Below, in pieces: positions 38,117 through 48,160 of a stretch of DNA of 48,768 nt; the first letter of the stretch is position 1, and every line of letters starts with the position of its first letter. This DNA is from Acidimicrobiia bacterium (lineage in GTDB: Bacteria > Actinomycetota > Acidimicrobiia > Spongiisociales > JAHEDJ01). The notes under the pieces were generated by a model, which saw only the letters and a list, made by a program, of their open reading frames with translations, had not been told where the DNA came from and searched no databases. A program made the position numbers and the translations under genes. The stretch lies in the NCBI GenBank assembly GCA_029210695.1, contig JARGFH010000027.1:1-48768 (forward strand). The letters run 5' to 3'.

Positions 38117-39918
38117 CCATCGCCGCCCAGCAGGCGGAGCGTCGGGGCGCCACCGCCACCATACGTCGGGGTCTGAGCCTTTCCCCCGAACTGAGACGAG
38201 GCCTCCCGGCAACGTTGACGCTGGCGCTCATCGCCACCGCCGGACGTGTCATCGTACCCGTGGCGGTGCAGCAGATCATCGACAGTGGTTTCGCCGACGG
38301 CGGAGTCGACATGGGCTTCGTGTTGTCGATGACGGCATGGGCGCTGCTGGCGGTGGCAGTCACCGCCGGTTCCACCGGAGCCATGCATCTACGACTTGCC
38401 CGGGTGTCCGAAACCGCCCTTTCGCTGCTACGCGTGCGCGCCTTCCGCCACATACATGACCTCTCGATGCTCCACCAGGCATCGGAACAACGCGGCGTTC
38501 TGGTCGCCCGGGTGACTTCGGACGTCGATCAGATCAGCCGGTTCATGCAATGGGGCGGCCTCATGTTGATCATCAACGGGGGGCAAGCCTTGCTGTCGCT
38601 GCTCGTCATGTTTGTGTACTCGGTGCCGATGGCGATGGTCGTCGTGGTCCTGGGTCCTGTGATCGTCCTGACGATCAAGTGGTTCCAGTCGCGGCTCGAG
38701 GTGGCCTACCTCACCGTGCGGGAGCGGGTCGGTCGGATGCTGGCGATACTGGCGGAAGTAGTGGTCGGCGCCCCGGTTATCCGTGCGTACGGGATCGAAG
38801 ACCGGATCCGGCAACGACTGGGAGAATCTATCGACCAGCACCGTCGCTCCGGCGTGAGAGCAGGGGCGCTGTCTTCGTCGTTTTCGGGGGCCGGCGAACT
38901 GCTTTCGGCCATGGTCGTGGCTGCGGTGCTGGTGGTCGGCACTGTTCTGGCGGTGAACGGCTCTACATCGGTCGGTACCGTCGTGGCGTTCCTGTTCCTG
39001 GTGCAGTTGTTCGTGCAACCGGTCCAGATGCTCGGAGAGGCTGTGAACGAGGCCCAGACGGCCGTGGCCGGATGGCGGCGAGTGCTGGACGTACTCGACA
39101 TCGCGCCCGACGTCGCCGATCCCGGTGCGGAAGGAGTGGACCTGCCGGCCGCTTCGCTCGGCGTCTCGTTCGAGGGGGTTTCGTTCCGATATCCACGGCC
39201 GGGAGAAACGGCCGGGGAGGCGAGCGGTCCCCCGGTGCTCGTCGATGTCGATGCCTCAATCGAGCCGCGCAGCCGGGTCGCCATCGTTGGAGAGACCGGT
39301 TCGGGGAAGACCACGTTCGCCAAATTGCTCACCCGGCTGATGGACCCCACGGCGGGACGGATCGTGATGGGAGGGCTCGACCTGCGAACCGTCCGGTTCC
39401 GGTCGCTCCGGGACCGGGTCGTGATGGTGCCGCAGGAAGGGATGCTGTTCAGCGGCACTATCGCCGACAACGTCAGGATGGGCCGGCCGGAAGCAACGGA
39501 CGCCGAACTCGAATCGGCGTTCCGGAGATTGAAACTCAGCGACTGGCTCGGCGAACTCAGCGGAGGATTGCTGACACAGGTGGGGGAGCGGGGCGGCGCA
39601 TTGTCGGTGGGCGAGCGACAACTGGTGACCCTCGTCCGGGCTGCCATTGCCGATCCTGATCTATTGGTACTCGACGAAGCGACTTCAGCCGTTGATCCGG
39701 TAACCGAGGTTCGGATCAACCGGGCTTTGTCGGGATTGACGACTGGTAGAACTGTGGTCACCATCGCGCACCGGCTCTCGACGGCCGAGGCCGCCGAACG
39801 GGTGATCGTGTTCGAAGGCGGTCGGATCGTTCAAGACGGCACCCACGACGCGCTGGTGATGGAAGGCGGGATCTACGGTCGCCTTTACGACAGCTGGCAG
39901 CGCGGAACGAGCGTCTAG
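38113..39918 (+). CDS. Heterodimeric ABC exporter subunit B (TMD-NBD)
   Basis: GETGSGKT, degenerate signature LSVGERQ, LDEATS, AHRLST; ATGA overlap. Confidence 0.92.
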   Translation: MTIAAQQAERRGATATIRRGLSLSPELRRGLPATLTLALIATAGRVIVPVAVQQIIDSGFADGGVDMGFVLSMTAWALLAVAVTAGSTGAMHLRLARVSETALSLLRVRAFRHIHDLSMLHQASEQRGVLVARVTSDVDQISRFMQWGGLMLIINGGQALLSLLVMFVYSVPMAMVVVVLGPVIVLTIKWFQSRLEVAYLTVRERVGRMLAILAEVVVGAPVIRAYGIEDRIRQRLGESIDQHRRSGVRAGALSSSFSGAGELLSAMVVAAVLVVGTVLAVNGSTSVGTVVAFLFLVQLFVQPVQMLGEAVNEAQTAVAGWRRVLDVLDIAPDVADPGAEGVDLPAASLGVSFEGVSFRYPRPGETAGEASGPPVLVDVDASIEPRSRVAIVGETGSGKTTFAKLLTRLMDPTAGRIVMGGLDLRTVRFRSLRDRVVMVPQEGMLFSGTIADNVRMGRPEATDAELESAFRRLKLSDWLGELSGGLLTQVGERGGALSVGERQLVTLVRAAIADPDLLVLDEATSAVDPVTEVRINRALSGLTTGRTVVTIAHRLSTAEAAERVIVFEGGRIVQDGTHDALVMEGGIYGRLYDSWQRGTSV

Positions 39919-40030
39919 TGGTCCGTCGCGGATTTGGTGACTTGGTCTCCTGCCGGACGATCCCCGCTGTGGCAGGGTTCGTGGCACTGCCTACCCCGGT
40001 CATCAAATAGCAGACAGACCACTAGAAGGT

Positions 40031-40097
40031 CCCCCCGAACTTTCTGCGCAATACTCTGGCGCGTAGCGCGCCATTGCATTGCGCAGAAAGTCTGAGG
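40031..40097. repeat. REP-like nested palindrome between convergent genes
   Basis: CCCCCCGAACT head, 14-bp arms ACTTTCTGCGCAAT/ATTGCGCAGAAAGT and inner TGGCGCG-TAG-CGCGCCA. Confidence 0.7.
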
Positions 40098-40102
40098 GAC
40101 GG

Positions 40103-42142
40103 CTAGATCCTCGCTACCTCCACCAGCGTGTCCAGATATGCCACTCCGCCGCCCCAATCGGTGAGTGTGTCGCTGGTCAGAGAGTTGGCGGTCATCGGTT
40201 CTCCGTGGTCATCGCTCCACCAGCCGAACGGCACGGAGACCACGCCCGGTCGCAGGCGATCGGAGATCACGGCCGGAAGAGTGAGTCGTGCTCGGTCGTT
40301 CCACACTGCGACCTTGTCCCCGTCGGAGATTCCTCGGGATTCGGCGTCGGCCCGATCCATCTCGACGAACGGCCCGGTCTCTCTGGGCCCATGCTTCGGG
40401 AGATGCGAGTACGAGGAGTTCAAGAACCTCGTGTGGTGTTTCGGCGTCATCAAAGACAGCGGATAACGCTCGGCGAGCGGCCCGGTCGGCCCCTCATTGG
40501 GCGGGTGGTAGGTCGGAAGCGGATCCAGACCCCCGGCAGCCAGTGTTTCCGAATAGAGCTCGGCGCGTCCGCTGGCGGTGCGGAAACCGCCTTCGGCGTA
40601 GGGGAGGAGTTCGGTCGGGACGTCGACGCGCACCATTCCCTTGCTTTGCAGTAGATCGAGGTCAACACCGGACACGGCCGACTCGATCAGACTTCGGTCT
40701 GACTCGAAGAGATCCTCATCCTCGAATCCCAAAGAAAGGGCGAGGCGGCGCCACAGCTCCGTGTTGGGAACGGCTTCTCCGAGGGGGGCGATGGCCGGCT
40801 CATTCCATCCCAGGTACAGATGGCCCCAGGCAGTCACAACGTCGACCTGCTCGAGTTGGGTGGTCGCCGGGAAGACCACATCGGCATAGCGGGCCGTATC
40901 GGTCATGAACTGCTCGCTCACCACCGTGAAGAGATCGTCTCGCTCGAGACCCTTTCGAATGAGCGAAGCATTCGGAACAGTCACCACCGGGTTCCCGTTC
41001 CACACGAACAACGCTTTCACCGGCGGATCCATCGAAGGATCGGTGAGGGCACGGCCCAGGTGGTTCATGTTGATTCCGCGGCGTTCCCGGCCCGACGGTG
41101 CAGGATCGAACACGCCGTCGTCCACATTGGAATTTGCCCACGAGTGGGTGCTCTTCGACAAACCGCCGCCCAGGTCGCGCCATGACCCGGTCAGAACCGG
41201 CAGGCAAGTGAGCGCCCGGAAGAACATCGCCCCGTTCTCGCGGTGTTCGGCGCCGATCAGCGTGCGGATGTGGGCCGGTCGGGCAGCCCCATAACTGCGG
41301 GCTAGCTCCTCGATGACCTCGGCGGAAAGACCACACTCGGAGGCAGCTCTCTGTGGCGTCCACCCGGCTACGTGCTCGCGCAACGCCTCGAAGCCCGTCG
41401 AGTAGCTGTCGAGGTAGTCGTGATCGAGCAGATCGTCCCGAATCAACACGTGCATCATCCCGAGCATCAGGGCAACGTCGGTGCCGGGCAGGGGCTGGAT
41501 GTGCCGGTCGGCAGCCGCGGCGGTTGCTGTCTGAATCGGATCGATCGCCACCACTTCTGCACCATTCCTCCTGGCCTCTTCGATGAATGGCCACAAGTGC
41601 CGGTTGGTCAGCTTGGTGTTGGTTCCCCACAACAGAATGAACCGGGCATGTCGCACATCCATCGGGTCGGCCGCGTGCGAGGATCCGTAGGTGGACGCTG
41701 TCCCATCACTGGCAGTGCCGCCGCACAGGGACCCCGTCAGTTGTGAAGCGCCGATCCGGGCGAACAACCGGCGGTCCAGGGAACTCATCTGGATGAGCCC
41801 TTGGGTTCCCGCATCCCACCAGGGAAGGATCGACTCACCTCCCCATCGGTCCTTCGTCTCGTGGAGGCGCTCGGCCACCACTGCCAGGGCCTGTTCCCAA
41901 GTGGCACGTTCGAAGCGACCTTCGCCCTTCGGCCCGGTCCGGACTAACGGATGCAGCAGACGATCGGGGCTGTAGACGCGGTCGATGAAGTGGTTGACCT
42001 TCGGACATAGTTCGCCCTGCGAGAAGGGGTGATCCGGGTTGCCGCGCAGCCTCACTGCGACGCCGTCCTCGACGGTGGCGATCCATCCGCACGAGTCCGG
42101 ACAGTCGTGGTGGCAGGTTCCGAGAACTGTCTTGGTGGTCAT
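40103..42142 (-). CDS. Molybdopterin (bis-MGD) oxidoreductase, DMSO reductase superfamily, cytoplasmic
   Basis: N-terminal CHHDCPDSC...LCPK Fe-S motif, R..HPL.R.GPKGEG.F, PGTD.AL, FMTDTA.YAD.V.PA, FLNSSY; no Tat signal. Confidence 0.92.
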   Translation of the reverse strand: MTTKTVLGTCHHDCPDSCGWIATVEDGVAVRLRGNPDHPFSQGELCPKVNHFIDRVYSPDRLLHPLVRTGPKGEGRFERATWEQALAVVAERLHETKDRWGGESILPWWDAGTQGLIQMSSLDRRLFARIGASQLTGSLCGGTASDGTASTYGSSHAADPMDVRHARFILLWGTNTKLTNRHLWPFIEEARRNGAEVVAIDPIQTATAAAADRHIQPLPGTDVALMLGMMHVLIRDDLLDHDYLDSYSTGFEALREHVAGWTPQRAASECGLSAEVIEELARSYGAARPAHIRTLIGAEHRENGAMFFRALTCLPVLTGSWRDLGGGLSKSTHSWANSNVDDGVFDPAPSGRERRGINMNHLGRALTDPSMDPPVKALFVWNGNPVVTVPNASLIRKGLERDDLFTVVSEQFMTDTARYADVVFPATTQLEQVDVVTAWGHLYLGWNEPAIAPLGEAVPNTELWRRLALSLGFEDEDLFESDRSLIESAVSGVDLDLLQSKGMVRVDVPTELLPYAEGGFRTASGRAELYSETLAAGGLDPLPTYHPPNEGPTGPLAERYPLSLMTPKHHTRFLNSSYSHLPKHGPRETGPFVEMDRADAESRGISDGDKVAVWNDRARLTLPAVISDRLRPGVVSVPFGWWSDDHGEPMTANSLTSDTLTDWGGGVAYLDTLVEVARI

Positions 42143-42158
42143 GCAGGGATTGTAAGTG

Positions 42159-42207
42159 TCGGTCCCCCCTCGGGGGAAGGTTCCTGCGCCGGAGCGGAGC
42201 GGAGGCG
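42159..42207. repeat. Palindromic repeat element copy A (intergenic)
   Basis: TCGGTCCCCCCTCGGGGGAAGGTTCCTGCGCC..., same family as the copies inside hisIE. Confidence 0.8.
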
Positions 42208-42209
42208 CG

Positions 42210-42998
42210 TCAGCCCTCACGTTCCTTGAGCACATCGAATACCTCGGCGATCGAGATGTCGCGCTCGGCGAGTAATACGAGGAGGTGGTAGATCAAATCC
42301 CCAGCCTCTTCGGCGACCCGTCGATCGTCGGCGGTTCCGATGGAGTGATCCTTGGCGGCCATCAGGACTTCGCCTGCCTCTTCGAGCACCTTGCGGCCGG
42401 TGAAGTCGACTCCGCCGTCAATCAACTGCACGGTGTAGGACCCGTCGGGCCGCTTCACCTTGCGTTGCTGAATGGTCTGCCACAACGGACTCAGCGAATG
42501 TGCATCGGTCCCCCTTTGGGGGAAAGGTTCCTGCGCCGAGCGACGCGAAGGCGGAGGTAGGGGGGCCGACTCGTGACTCGCGACGAGCAACTCGCGACCA
42601 TCGAAACAACTCACCTCACCGGTATGGCAGGTGGGCCCATCTGGACTGGCCAGGATGAGCAAGGCATCCGAATCGCAATCCTCGGCCATGCTCACGAGAC
42701 GAAGGGTGTTCCCACTGGTCTCACCCTTCTTCCAGATTGCGCGGCGGGAGCGACTCCAGAAGTGAACGAACCCGGTCTCGAGAGTTAGGTCCTTGGCTTC
42801 CTGGTTGAGATAACCCAGCATGAGGACGCGTCCGGTATCGGCATCTTGCACGATCCCCGGAACCAGATCGGTCTCCCCTTGGGGGGAAGACGCAACAGCG
42901 GAGCCGCTGGGGTTGGGGGTCTTGTCGGTCCCCCCGGAGGGGGGAAGGTACCGCCGACCCGAAGGGTCGGGGGTAGGGGGGCTCAGGCCATCGTTCAT
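42210..42998 (-). CDS. hisIE: Bifunctional phosphoribosyl-AMP cyclohydrolase/phosphoribosyl-ATP pyrophosphatase with repeat-derived insertions
   Basis: [70 protein letters not shown] overlap with hisF. Confidence 0.93.
   Translation of the reverse strand: MNDGLSPPTPDPSGRRYLPPSGGTDKTPNPSGSAVASSPQGETDLVPGIVQDADTGRVLMLGYLNQEAKDLTLETGFVHFWSRSRRAIWKKGETSGNTLRLVSMAEDCDSDALLILASPDGPTCHTGEVSCFDGRELLVASHESAPLPPPSRRSAQEPFPQRGTDAHSLSPLWQTIQQRKVKRPDGSYTVQLIDGGVDFTGRKVLEEAGEVLMAAKDHSIGTADDRRVAEEAGDLIYHLLVLLAERDISIAEVFDVLKEREG
42505..42565. repeat. Palindromic repeat element copy B (in the HisI-HisE linker)
   Basis: TCGGTCCCCCTTTGGGGGAAAGGTTCCTGCGCC...GGAGGTAGGGGGG. Confidence 0.8.
42868..42981. repeat. 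Palindromic repeat element copies C and D (tandem, at the hisIE 5' end)
   Basis: TCGGTCTCCCCTTGGGGGGAAG..CAGCGGAGCCGCTG..GGGGG (42868-42919) and TCGGTCCCCCCGGAGGGGGGAAGG..CCGACCCGAAGGGTCGG..GTAGGGGGG (42925-42981). Confidence 0.8.
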
Positions 42999-43756
42999 GA
43001 CACCCTCCTCACCGGCACACCGGCCTCTTCCAGCCCTGCCTTCACAGTGTCGATCTCGATCTCTTTGCGGTGAAAGATCGAAGCGGCCAGCACGGCAGCG
43101 GCGCCGCCCTCGGTGACGGCCGCCACGCAATGTTCGACTGTTCCGGCGCCACCGGAGGCAATGACGGGAACCGGAACGGCGTCGCCGACCGCCCGGAGCA
43201 ACTCCACATCGAACCCATTCTTGGTGCCATCCCGATCCATCGAGGTGAGCAGGATCTCGCCGGCACCCAGGCGGACACCTTCGGTCACCCACTCGATGGC
43301 GTCGATGCCGGTCGGAGTGCGCCCACCGTGCGTGTAGACCTCCCACGACTCTCCGGTTCGCTTGGCATCCACAGCTAGCACCACACACTGACGGCCGAAC
43401 TCGGCAGCACACTCGGCGATGAGCGACGGCCGCTCTACAGCGGCGGTATTCACGGACACCTTGTCGGCGCCGGCCCGCAACACCGAGCGCATGTCGTCTA
43501 CCGATCGAACCCCGCCTCCAACCGTCAGGGGCACGAAAACCTCGGAAGCCGTCCGGTGCACAACGTCCAGGAAGATGTCTCGCTCGTCCGATGAGGCGGT
43601 GATGTCCAGATAGACGATTTCGTCTGCTCCCTCGGCCGCATACCTGGCGGCCAGTTCGACAGGATCGCCCTCATCTACCAGATCGACGAAATTGACTCCC
43701 TTGACGACTCGCCCGTGATCGACGTCGAGGCACGGGATGATCCGGCTACGCAGCAT
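42995..43756 (-). CDS. hisF: Imidazole glycerol phosphate synthase cyclase subunit
   Basis: [56 protein letters not shown]. Confidence 0.97.
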   Translation of the reverse strand: MLRSRIIPCLDVDHGRVVKGVNFVDLVDEGDPVELAARYAAEGADEIVYLDITASSDERDIFLDVVHRTASEVFVPLTVGGGVRSVDDMRSVLRAGADKVSVNTAAVERPSLIAECAAEFGRQCVVLAVDAKRTGESWEVYTHGGRTPTGIDAIEWVTEGVRLGAGEILLTSMDRDGTKNGFDVELLRAVGDAVPVPVIASGGAGTVEHCVAAVTEGGAAAVLAASIFHRKEIEIDTVKAGLEEAGVPVRRVS

Positions 43757-44363
43757 CGGCAGCCTCCGCACACTCCCGCACGAAGTTCCCGAGCACCCTG
43801 ACACCGTCCGGGCCACTGCGCTCCGGGTGGAATTGCACTCCAACCCGTATTCCGTCCCGGGCGGCCGCTACGAAGGGATTGCCGTAGGTAGCGCGCGCAA
43901 CGACGACGGTCTCATCAATCGGCACCGCCGCGTAGGAGTGGACGAAGTAGAAAGGTGCATCATCAGCAACTCCGGCGAAAAGGGGGTCTTCCCTCTGGAA
44001 GGTGAGATCGTTCCATCCGATGTGCGGCAACTTGGGAGTTTCCTGAAGCTGTTCCACCCGGCCCCGCATCAGACCGAGGCAGGCGGTTGCGTCTTCGTCG
44101 CTGGATTCGAAAAACAACTGCAGGCCAACACAGATCCCCAACAACGGCCGGTCAAGTTCGAGAAGCGGATCAACGAATCCGCTCTGTCTCAGGCGGCGCA
44201 TGGCAACTCCGGTGGATCCGACGCCGGGAAGAACCACACCATCGACTCCTGCCAGCCCGGCTGGAACATCCGCAACGGTGACGTCGGCTCCCGAGCGCTC
44301 GAGTCCCTGAGCTATCGAGACGAGATTGCCCGCCCCATGGTCGATGACGGCGATTCTGGTCAC
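43746..44363 (-). CDS. hisH: Imidazole glycerol phosphate synthase glutaminase subunit
   Basis: [42 protein letters not shown]. Confidence 0.97.
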   Translation of the reverse strand: MTRIAVIDHGAGNLVSIAQGLERSGADVTVADVPAGLAGVDGVVLPGVGSTGVAMRRLRQSGFVDPLLELDRPLLGICVGLQLFFESSDEDATACLGLMRGRVEQLQETPKLPHIGWNDLTFQREDPLFAGVADDAPFYFVHSYAAVPIDETVVVARATYGNPFVAAARDGIRVGVQFHPERSGPDGVRVLGNFVRECAEAADAA

Positions 44364-44944
44364 AACGTCCCTTTGGTCGACGGCACGCCCGACCGGCGCG
44401 GATCAAAGGCCACCGCACCCCGGAGGGCTCTGGCGAGGGCCTTGAAAGCCGCCTCGGCGATGTGGTGGTCGTTGGCGCCTCGTGCCCGGAGGTGGAGAGT
44501 CAGTCCGGCGGTGCGAGTGAATGCTTCGAGGGCATGGGGAATGTTCTGCGTTGTCAGGTTTCCGATTCGGTCGGTTGTGAATGGAAGTTCGATCACCGCA
44601 TAGGGCCGGCCGCTCACGTCTATCACTGCCTCGGCCACAGCTTCATCCATCGGCACCCGGGCCTCTGCAAATCGAGATATGCCCGATCGGTCGCCGAGTG
44701 CCGCCGCCAGCGCCTCGCCGAGAACCAGGGCAGTGTCTTCGACCGTGTGGTGGTCGTCCACGTGGAGGTCGCCCTCTGTCTCGACGGTCAGGTCGATCAG
44801 TGAGTGGTGGGAGAGAGACGTGAGCAGGTGATCGAAGAACCCGACTCCCGTCGAGATGTTCCCATCACCGGAGCCGTCTAGATCGAGCTTCACGGACACT
44901 GTTGTTTCTCTGGTCGAGCGCTCGACGGCAGCGGTGCGGGTCAT
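44360..44944 (-). CDS. hisB: Imidazoleglycerol-phosphate dehydratase
   Basis: R.TRET, GFFDHLL, DDHHTVED, PMDEA, NDHHIAEA.FKA, PSTKG. Confidence 0.97.
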   Translation of the reverse strand: MTRTAAVERSTRETTVSVKLDLDGSGDGNISTGVGFFDHLLTSLSHHSLIDLTVETEGDLHVDDHHTVEDTALVLGEALAAALGDRSGISRFAEARVPMDEAVAEAVIDVSGRPYAVIELPFTTDRIGNLTTQNIPHALEAFTRTAGLTLHLRARGANDHHIAEAAFKALARALRGAVAFDPRRSGVPSTKGTL

Positions 44945-45996
44945 GGCAGCCTCCTGGACAGTGTGGTGATCAGACGGTCGTTCTCGGCGGGGGAGCGAAC
45001 AGTAAACCTCAAGTAGAAGGTGAGGGTGTGGGTCTGTGGAAAGGAACGAACGACGATTCCATCTTCCCACATGAGAGTTTCTGCCAGGTCACGGGCTTCG
45101 GGTCCGACCCGGGCAAGGACGAAGTTGGTGACCGTCGGAGACATCTCGAAGCCGAACTCTGAGAGCCGATCTGCGAGCGAGTCTCTTTGGGCGGCGACCC
45201 GCTCAACGTTGGCGGCGGCCCAGTGTGGCTCTGCGAGGGCGCGTTCGGCTAACGCGGCGGAGAGCGTTGAGATGCTGCCCGGTGGGCGCTGCCGGTGGAG
45301 TTCAGCCGCCAGGGTGGGTGATGAGAGCGAGTAACCGACGCGCGCACCGGCCAGAGCGAAGGCTTTCGACATCGTTCCGAGTACAACCAGGTTGGGGTAT
45401 TCGTTGAGCCACTTCGACCAGCGGTCTCCGGTGAACTCAGCGTAGGCCCCGTCGAGGACCACGATGGCGCTGGTCGACTCGATGATTGCGCGGATCTCGT
45501 CATCCGGATCGCGATGACCGGTCGGGTTGTTGGGCACGCACAGCCAGACGAGATTCGCGGTCCGGGATGCCGACTTCATCGTATCGACGTCGAGGCCGAA
45601 GTCGGAAGTCCGTCTTGGCACCTCAATCAGTGTGGCGTCGCGCTGGCCGGTGGCGACTGCGTAGAGCGTGTAGGTGGGTGGGGCGCTCACTGCGGTTCCG
45701 CCGGCGGCGAGGAAGGCACCGGCGGTAAGCAGGATCAACTCGTCTGCTCCTGCGCCGGGCACCACCTGATCCGGGTCTGTTTCCGTGTAGGCGGCGATCG
45801 CTTCTCGCAGCGGCCGGTAGTCGGCACCCGGGTATTCGTTGAGGCCGCTCGCAACTGTTGCCGCCGCCTCTCCTGCCCAATTGAAGGTGGCCGACGACGT
45901 GTTGTGGTCGAAGCGGATGACATCACCCGGGTCGATCCCGGCGCGGGCCGCGATCTCGAGAGTGGTCGGTTGCCACTGATAGACGGGAGTGGTCAC
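44941..45996 (-). CDS. hisC: Histidinol-phosphate aminotransferase
   Basis: N.YP, GAGADELI, PPTY.LY, PNNPTG, DGAY.EF, TMSKAFALAGARVGY. Confidence 0.95.
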   Translation of the reverse strand: MTTPVYQWQPTTLEIAARAGIDPGDVIRFDHNTSSATFNWAGEAAATVASGLNEYPGADYRPLREAIAAYTETDPDQVVPGAGADELILLTAGAFLAAGGTAVSAPPTYTLYAVATGQRDATLIEVPRRTSDFGLDVDTMKSASRTANLVWLCVPNNPTGHRDPDDEIRAIIESTSAIVVLDGAYAEFTGDRWSKWLNEYPNLVVLGTMSKAFALAGARVGYSLSSPTLAAELHRQRPPGSISTLSAALAERALAEPHWAAANVERVAAQRDSLADRLSEFGFEMSPTVTNFVLARVGPEARDLAETLMWEDGIVVRSFPQTHTLTFYLRFTVRSPAENDRLITTLSRRLP

Positions 45997-47303
45997 GACT
46001 CCTCCCCGGCTTCGAAGCGGAGGTCGGCGGCGAGCTTGTGGGCGGTGAGCCCTTCGGCATCGGCCAGGCAGGTGATGGTTGGTCGCAACCGGCCGAGTCC
46101 GGCGCGGGTCAGGGTCTGCACCTGCCGCCACGAACCGAAGTCCTCGATCCCCAGTGGCCCGTAGGCTCTGGCGAGTCCGCCGGTGGGGAGAACGTGATTG
46201 GCCCCGGTGGCGTAGTCGCCGGCTGACTCGGGCGACCAACGGCCCACATACACCGAACCTGCCCCCCGGATCCGCTTGGCGTCCGCCTGAGGGTCGGCGG
46301 TAAGGATCGTGGCGTGTTCGGGGGCGTAGTCGTCGACGAACGAGATTGCGTCTTCGTGGGAAGGTGCGAGCACCATCAGGCCGTGGTCGGCCAGGGCTAC
46401 TTCGAGGATGTCGGAGCGGGACAGTTGGGTGAGCAGTGCTTCCAATTCCACCTCGACCCTGTCGAACAGCGTGCCGTCGGCAGTGACCAGCACCGCCGGC
46501 GAGTCGGGACCATGTTCGGCCTGTGACAGCAGATCGACGGCGACCAGACGAGGGTCCGCAGTCTCATCGGCCAGTACGCACACTTCGCTGGGCCCGGCCG
46601 GGAGGTCGATGCCGCACTCCCCGAACACATACAGTTTGGCGGCGGTCACCCAGGCGTTGCCGGGTCCGACGATCTTGTCTACCGGACGGATCGTCTCCGT
46701 GCCGTAGGCGAGAGCCGCGATGCCCTGTGCTCCGCCCACGATGTACATCTCGTCGACTTCCAGCAACGCGGCTGCGGCCAGCAGGGTGTCCGATACTTCG
46801 CCGTCCGGCCCGGCTGGGCTGACCACGACGACTTCCTCGACCCCGGCGAGGCGGGCAGGCGTGACGGTCATGATCAGCGTCGATGGGTAGGCCGCCTTGC
46901 CGCCGGGTACGTAGGCGCCGACCCGCTGCAATGGAGACCAGCGGCGGGCGATTTCCACTCCGGGGACGGTTTCGATGATCCGATCCTCTGGTATCTGTGA
47001 TCGGTGATAGGTGGAAACATTGGAGATGGCGGTCTCGAGCGCCAGACGCTCCTCGGACGAAATTGAGGCGAGCGCCGTATCCATCTCGGCGCGGGTGACC
47101 TGCATCCGGCCCGGCCGTCCGCCGCCGAAACGTTCGGAGGTGGCCGCCAGGGCCGCGTCGCCGCCGCTTCGTATCTCTTCGCAGATGACCGCCGCCCCCG
47201 CCCGCACGTTCGGGTCGACTACTGCCGAGCGGCGAACGATCCGCCGTCTGGCGGCCGGGGACAGGTCGCCGAGGACGATCCGCTGCATGATCGGGGTGCT
47301 CAT
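45993..47303 (-). CDS. hisD: Histidinol dehydrogenase
   Basis: GAYVPGG.A.YPST, GGAQ.IAALAYGT, KIVGPGN, IDLPAGPSEV, DLLSQAEH, GDYATGANHVLPT. Confidence 0.97.
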   Translation of the reverse strand: MSTPIMQRIVLGDLSPAARRRIVRRSAVVDPNVRAGAAVICEEIRSGGDAALAATSERFGGGRPGRMQVTRAEMDTALASISSEERLALETAISNVSTYHRSQIPEDRIIETVPGVEIARRWSPLQRVGAYVPGGKAAYPSTLIMTVTPARLAGVEEVVVVSPAGPDGEVSDTLLAAAALLEVDEMYIVGGAQGIAALAYGTETIRPVDKIVGPGNAWVTAAKLYVFGECGIDLPAGPSEVCVLADETADPRLVAVDLLSQAEHGPDSPAVLVTADGTLFDRVEVELEALLTQLSRSDILEVALADHGLMVLAPSHEDAISFVDDYAPEHATILTADPQADAKRIRGAGSVYVGRWSPESAGDYATGANHVLPTGGLARAYGPLGIEDFGSWRQVQTLTRAGLGRLRPTITCLADAEGLTAHKLAADLRFEAGEES

Positions 47304-48160
47304 GCGATCAACTGCTGGATGCGGAGGACGAGGATGTCGCGCCCGCCCAGTGCTTTGAGGTCGGGGAGGACGTTCCACACGTCGTCGGCGTCGACCACTG
47401 AGTGGACGGCTACCCATCCTTCTTCGGCGAGGGGAACGACGGTGGGGGACTCCATGCCGGGGATGATCTCTGCCATCTTGTCGACGGCGCCTGCCGGAGC
47501 GTTGAGGAGTAGGTAGCGTTTGCCGCGGCCGGCCACGACCGCGGAGAGGGCGGTGACCACTTGCTCGACCTCCGTGGAACGCTCGCGAATCGCAGTGGGA
47601 TTCGCTGCCAGAACGGCCTGGGATTCGAGGATCGTTCCGACCGGTTGGAGACCGTTCACCATCAGCGTGCTGCCGGTGGAGACGAGATCCACCACCGCGT
47701 CCGCAACGTCGAGTTTGGGAGCTACCTCAACGGAACCTTTGAGCGGAACGATCGTCACGTCGATGCCGCGGCCGGCGAAGAAGTCGGCCGTCACCCGGGG
47801 GTGCGATGTCGCCACCCGGAATCCGGCGAAGTCCTCTGCCTTGTCGGCTTCGACGGCACGGGGGACGGCGGCAACCAGGCGGCAGCGGCCGTAGCCCAGT
47901 TCGGCCAGCACGGGCAGTCCATTGCCGTGTTCGGCCAGAAGGTCCTGACCGGTGATCCCCAACTCGGCAACGCCGTCGGCGACCATCTCCGGTATGTCGT
48001 CTGCCCGGACGAAGAGCAGTTCGAGGTCGACGTTGTGGACGACGACCGACAGGGCTCGTTCCGTCTTCTCGAAGACGAGCCCGGCGTCGCGCAGCAAGGT
48101 GGCGGTTGGCTGCTCGAGGCGTCCCTTGTTGGGGACGGCGAGTCTGAGGGTGCGGGTCAT
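47300..48160 (-). CDS. hisG: ATP phosphoribosyltransferase (long form)
   Basis: LAVPNKGRL, VRADDIP, LGITG.D, GSVEVAP, DLVSTGSTL..NGL and a C-terminal regulatory domain (PG.ESPTV). Confidence 0.97.
   Translation of the reverse strand: MTRTLRLAVPNKGRLEQPTATLLRDAGLVFEKTERALSVVVHNVDLELLFVRADDIPEMVADGVAELGITGQDLLAEHGNGLPVLAELGYGRCRLVAAVPRAVEADKAEDFAGFRVATSHPRVTADFFAGRGIDVTIVPLKGSVEVAPKLDVADAVVDLVSTGSTLMVNGLQPVGTILESQAVLAANPTAIRERSTEVEQVVTALSAVVAGRGKRYLLLNAPAGAVDKMAEIIPGMESPTVVPLAEEGWVAVHSVVDADDVWNVLPDLKALGGRDILVLRIQQLIA

Noticed and set aside
36278..39918. Degenerate ATPase motifs as signs of pseudogenisation
   Set aside because: The complementary degenerate/consensus pattern is normal for heterodimeric ABC exporters
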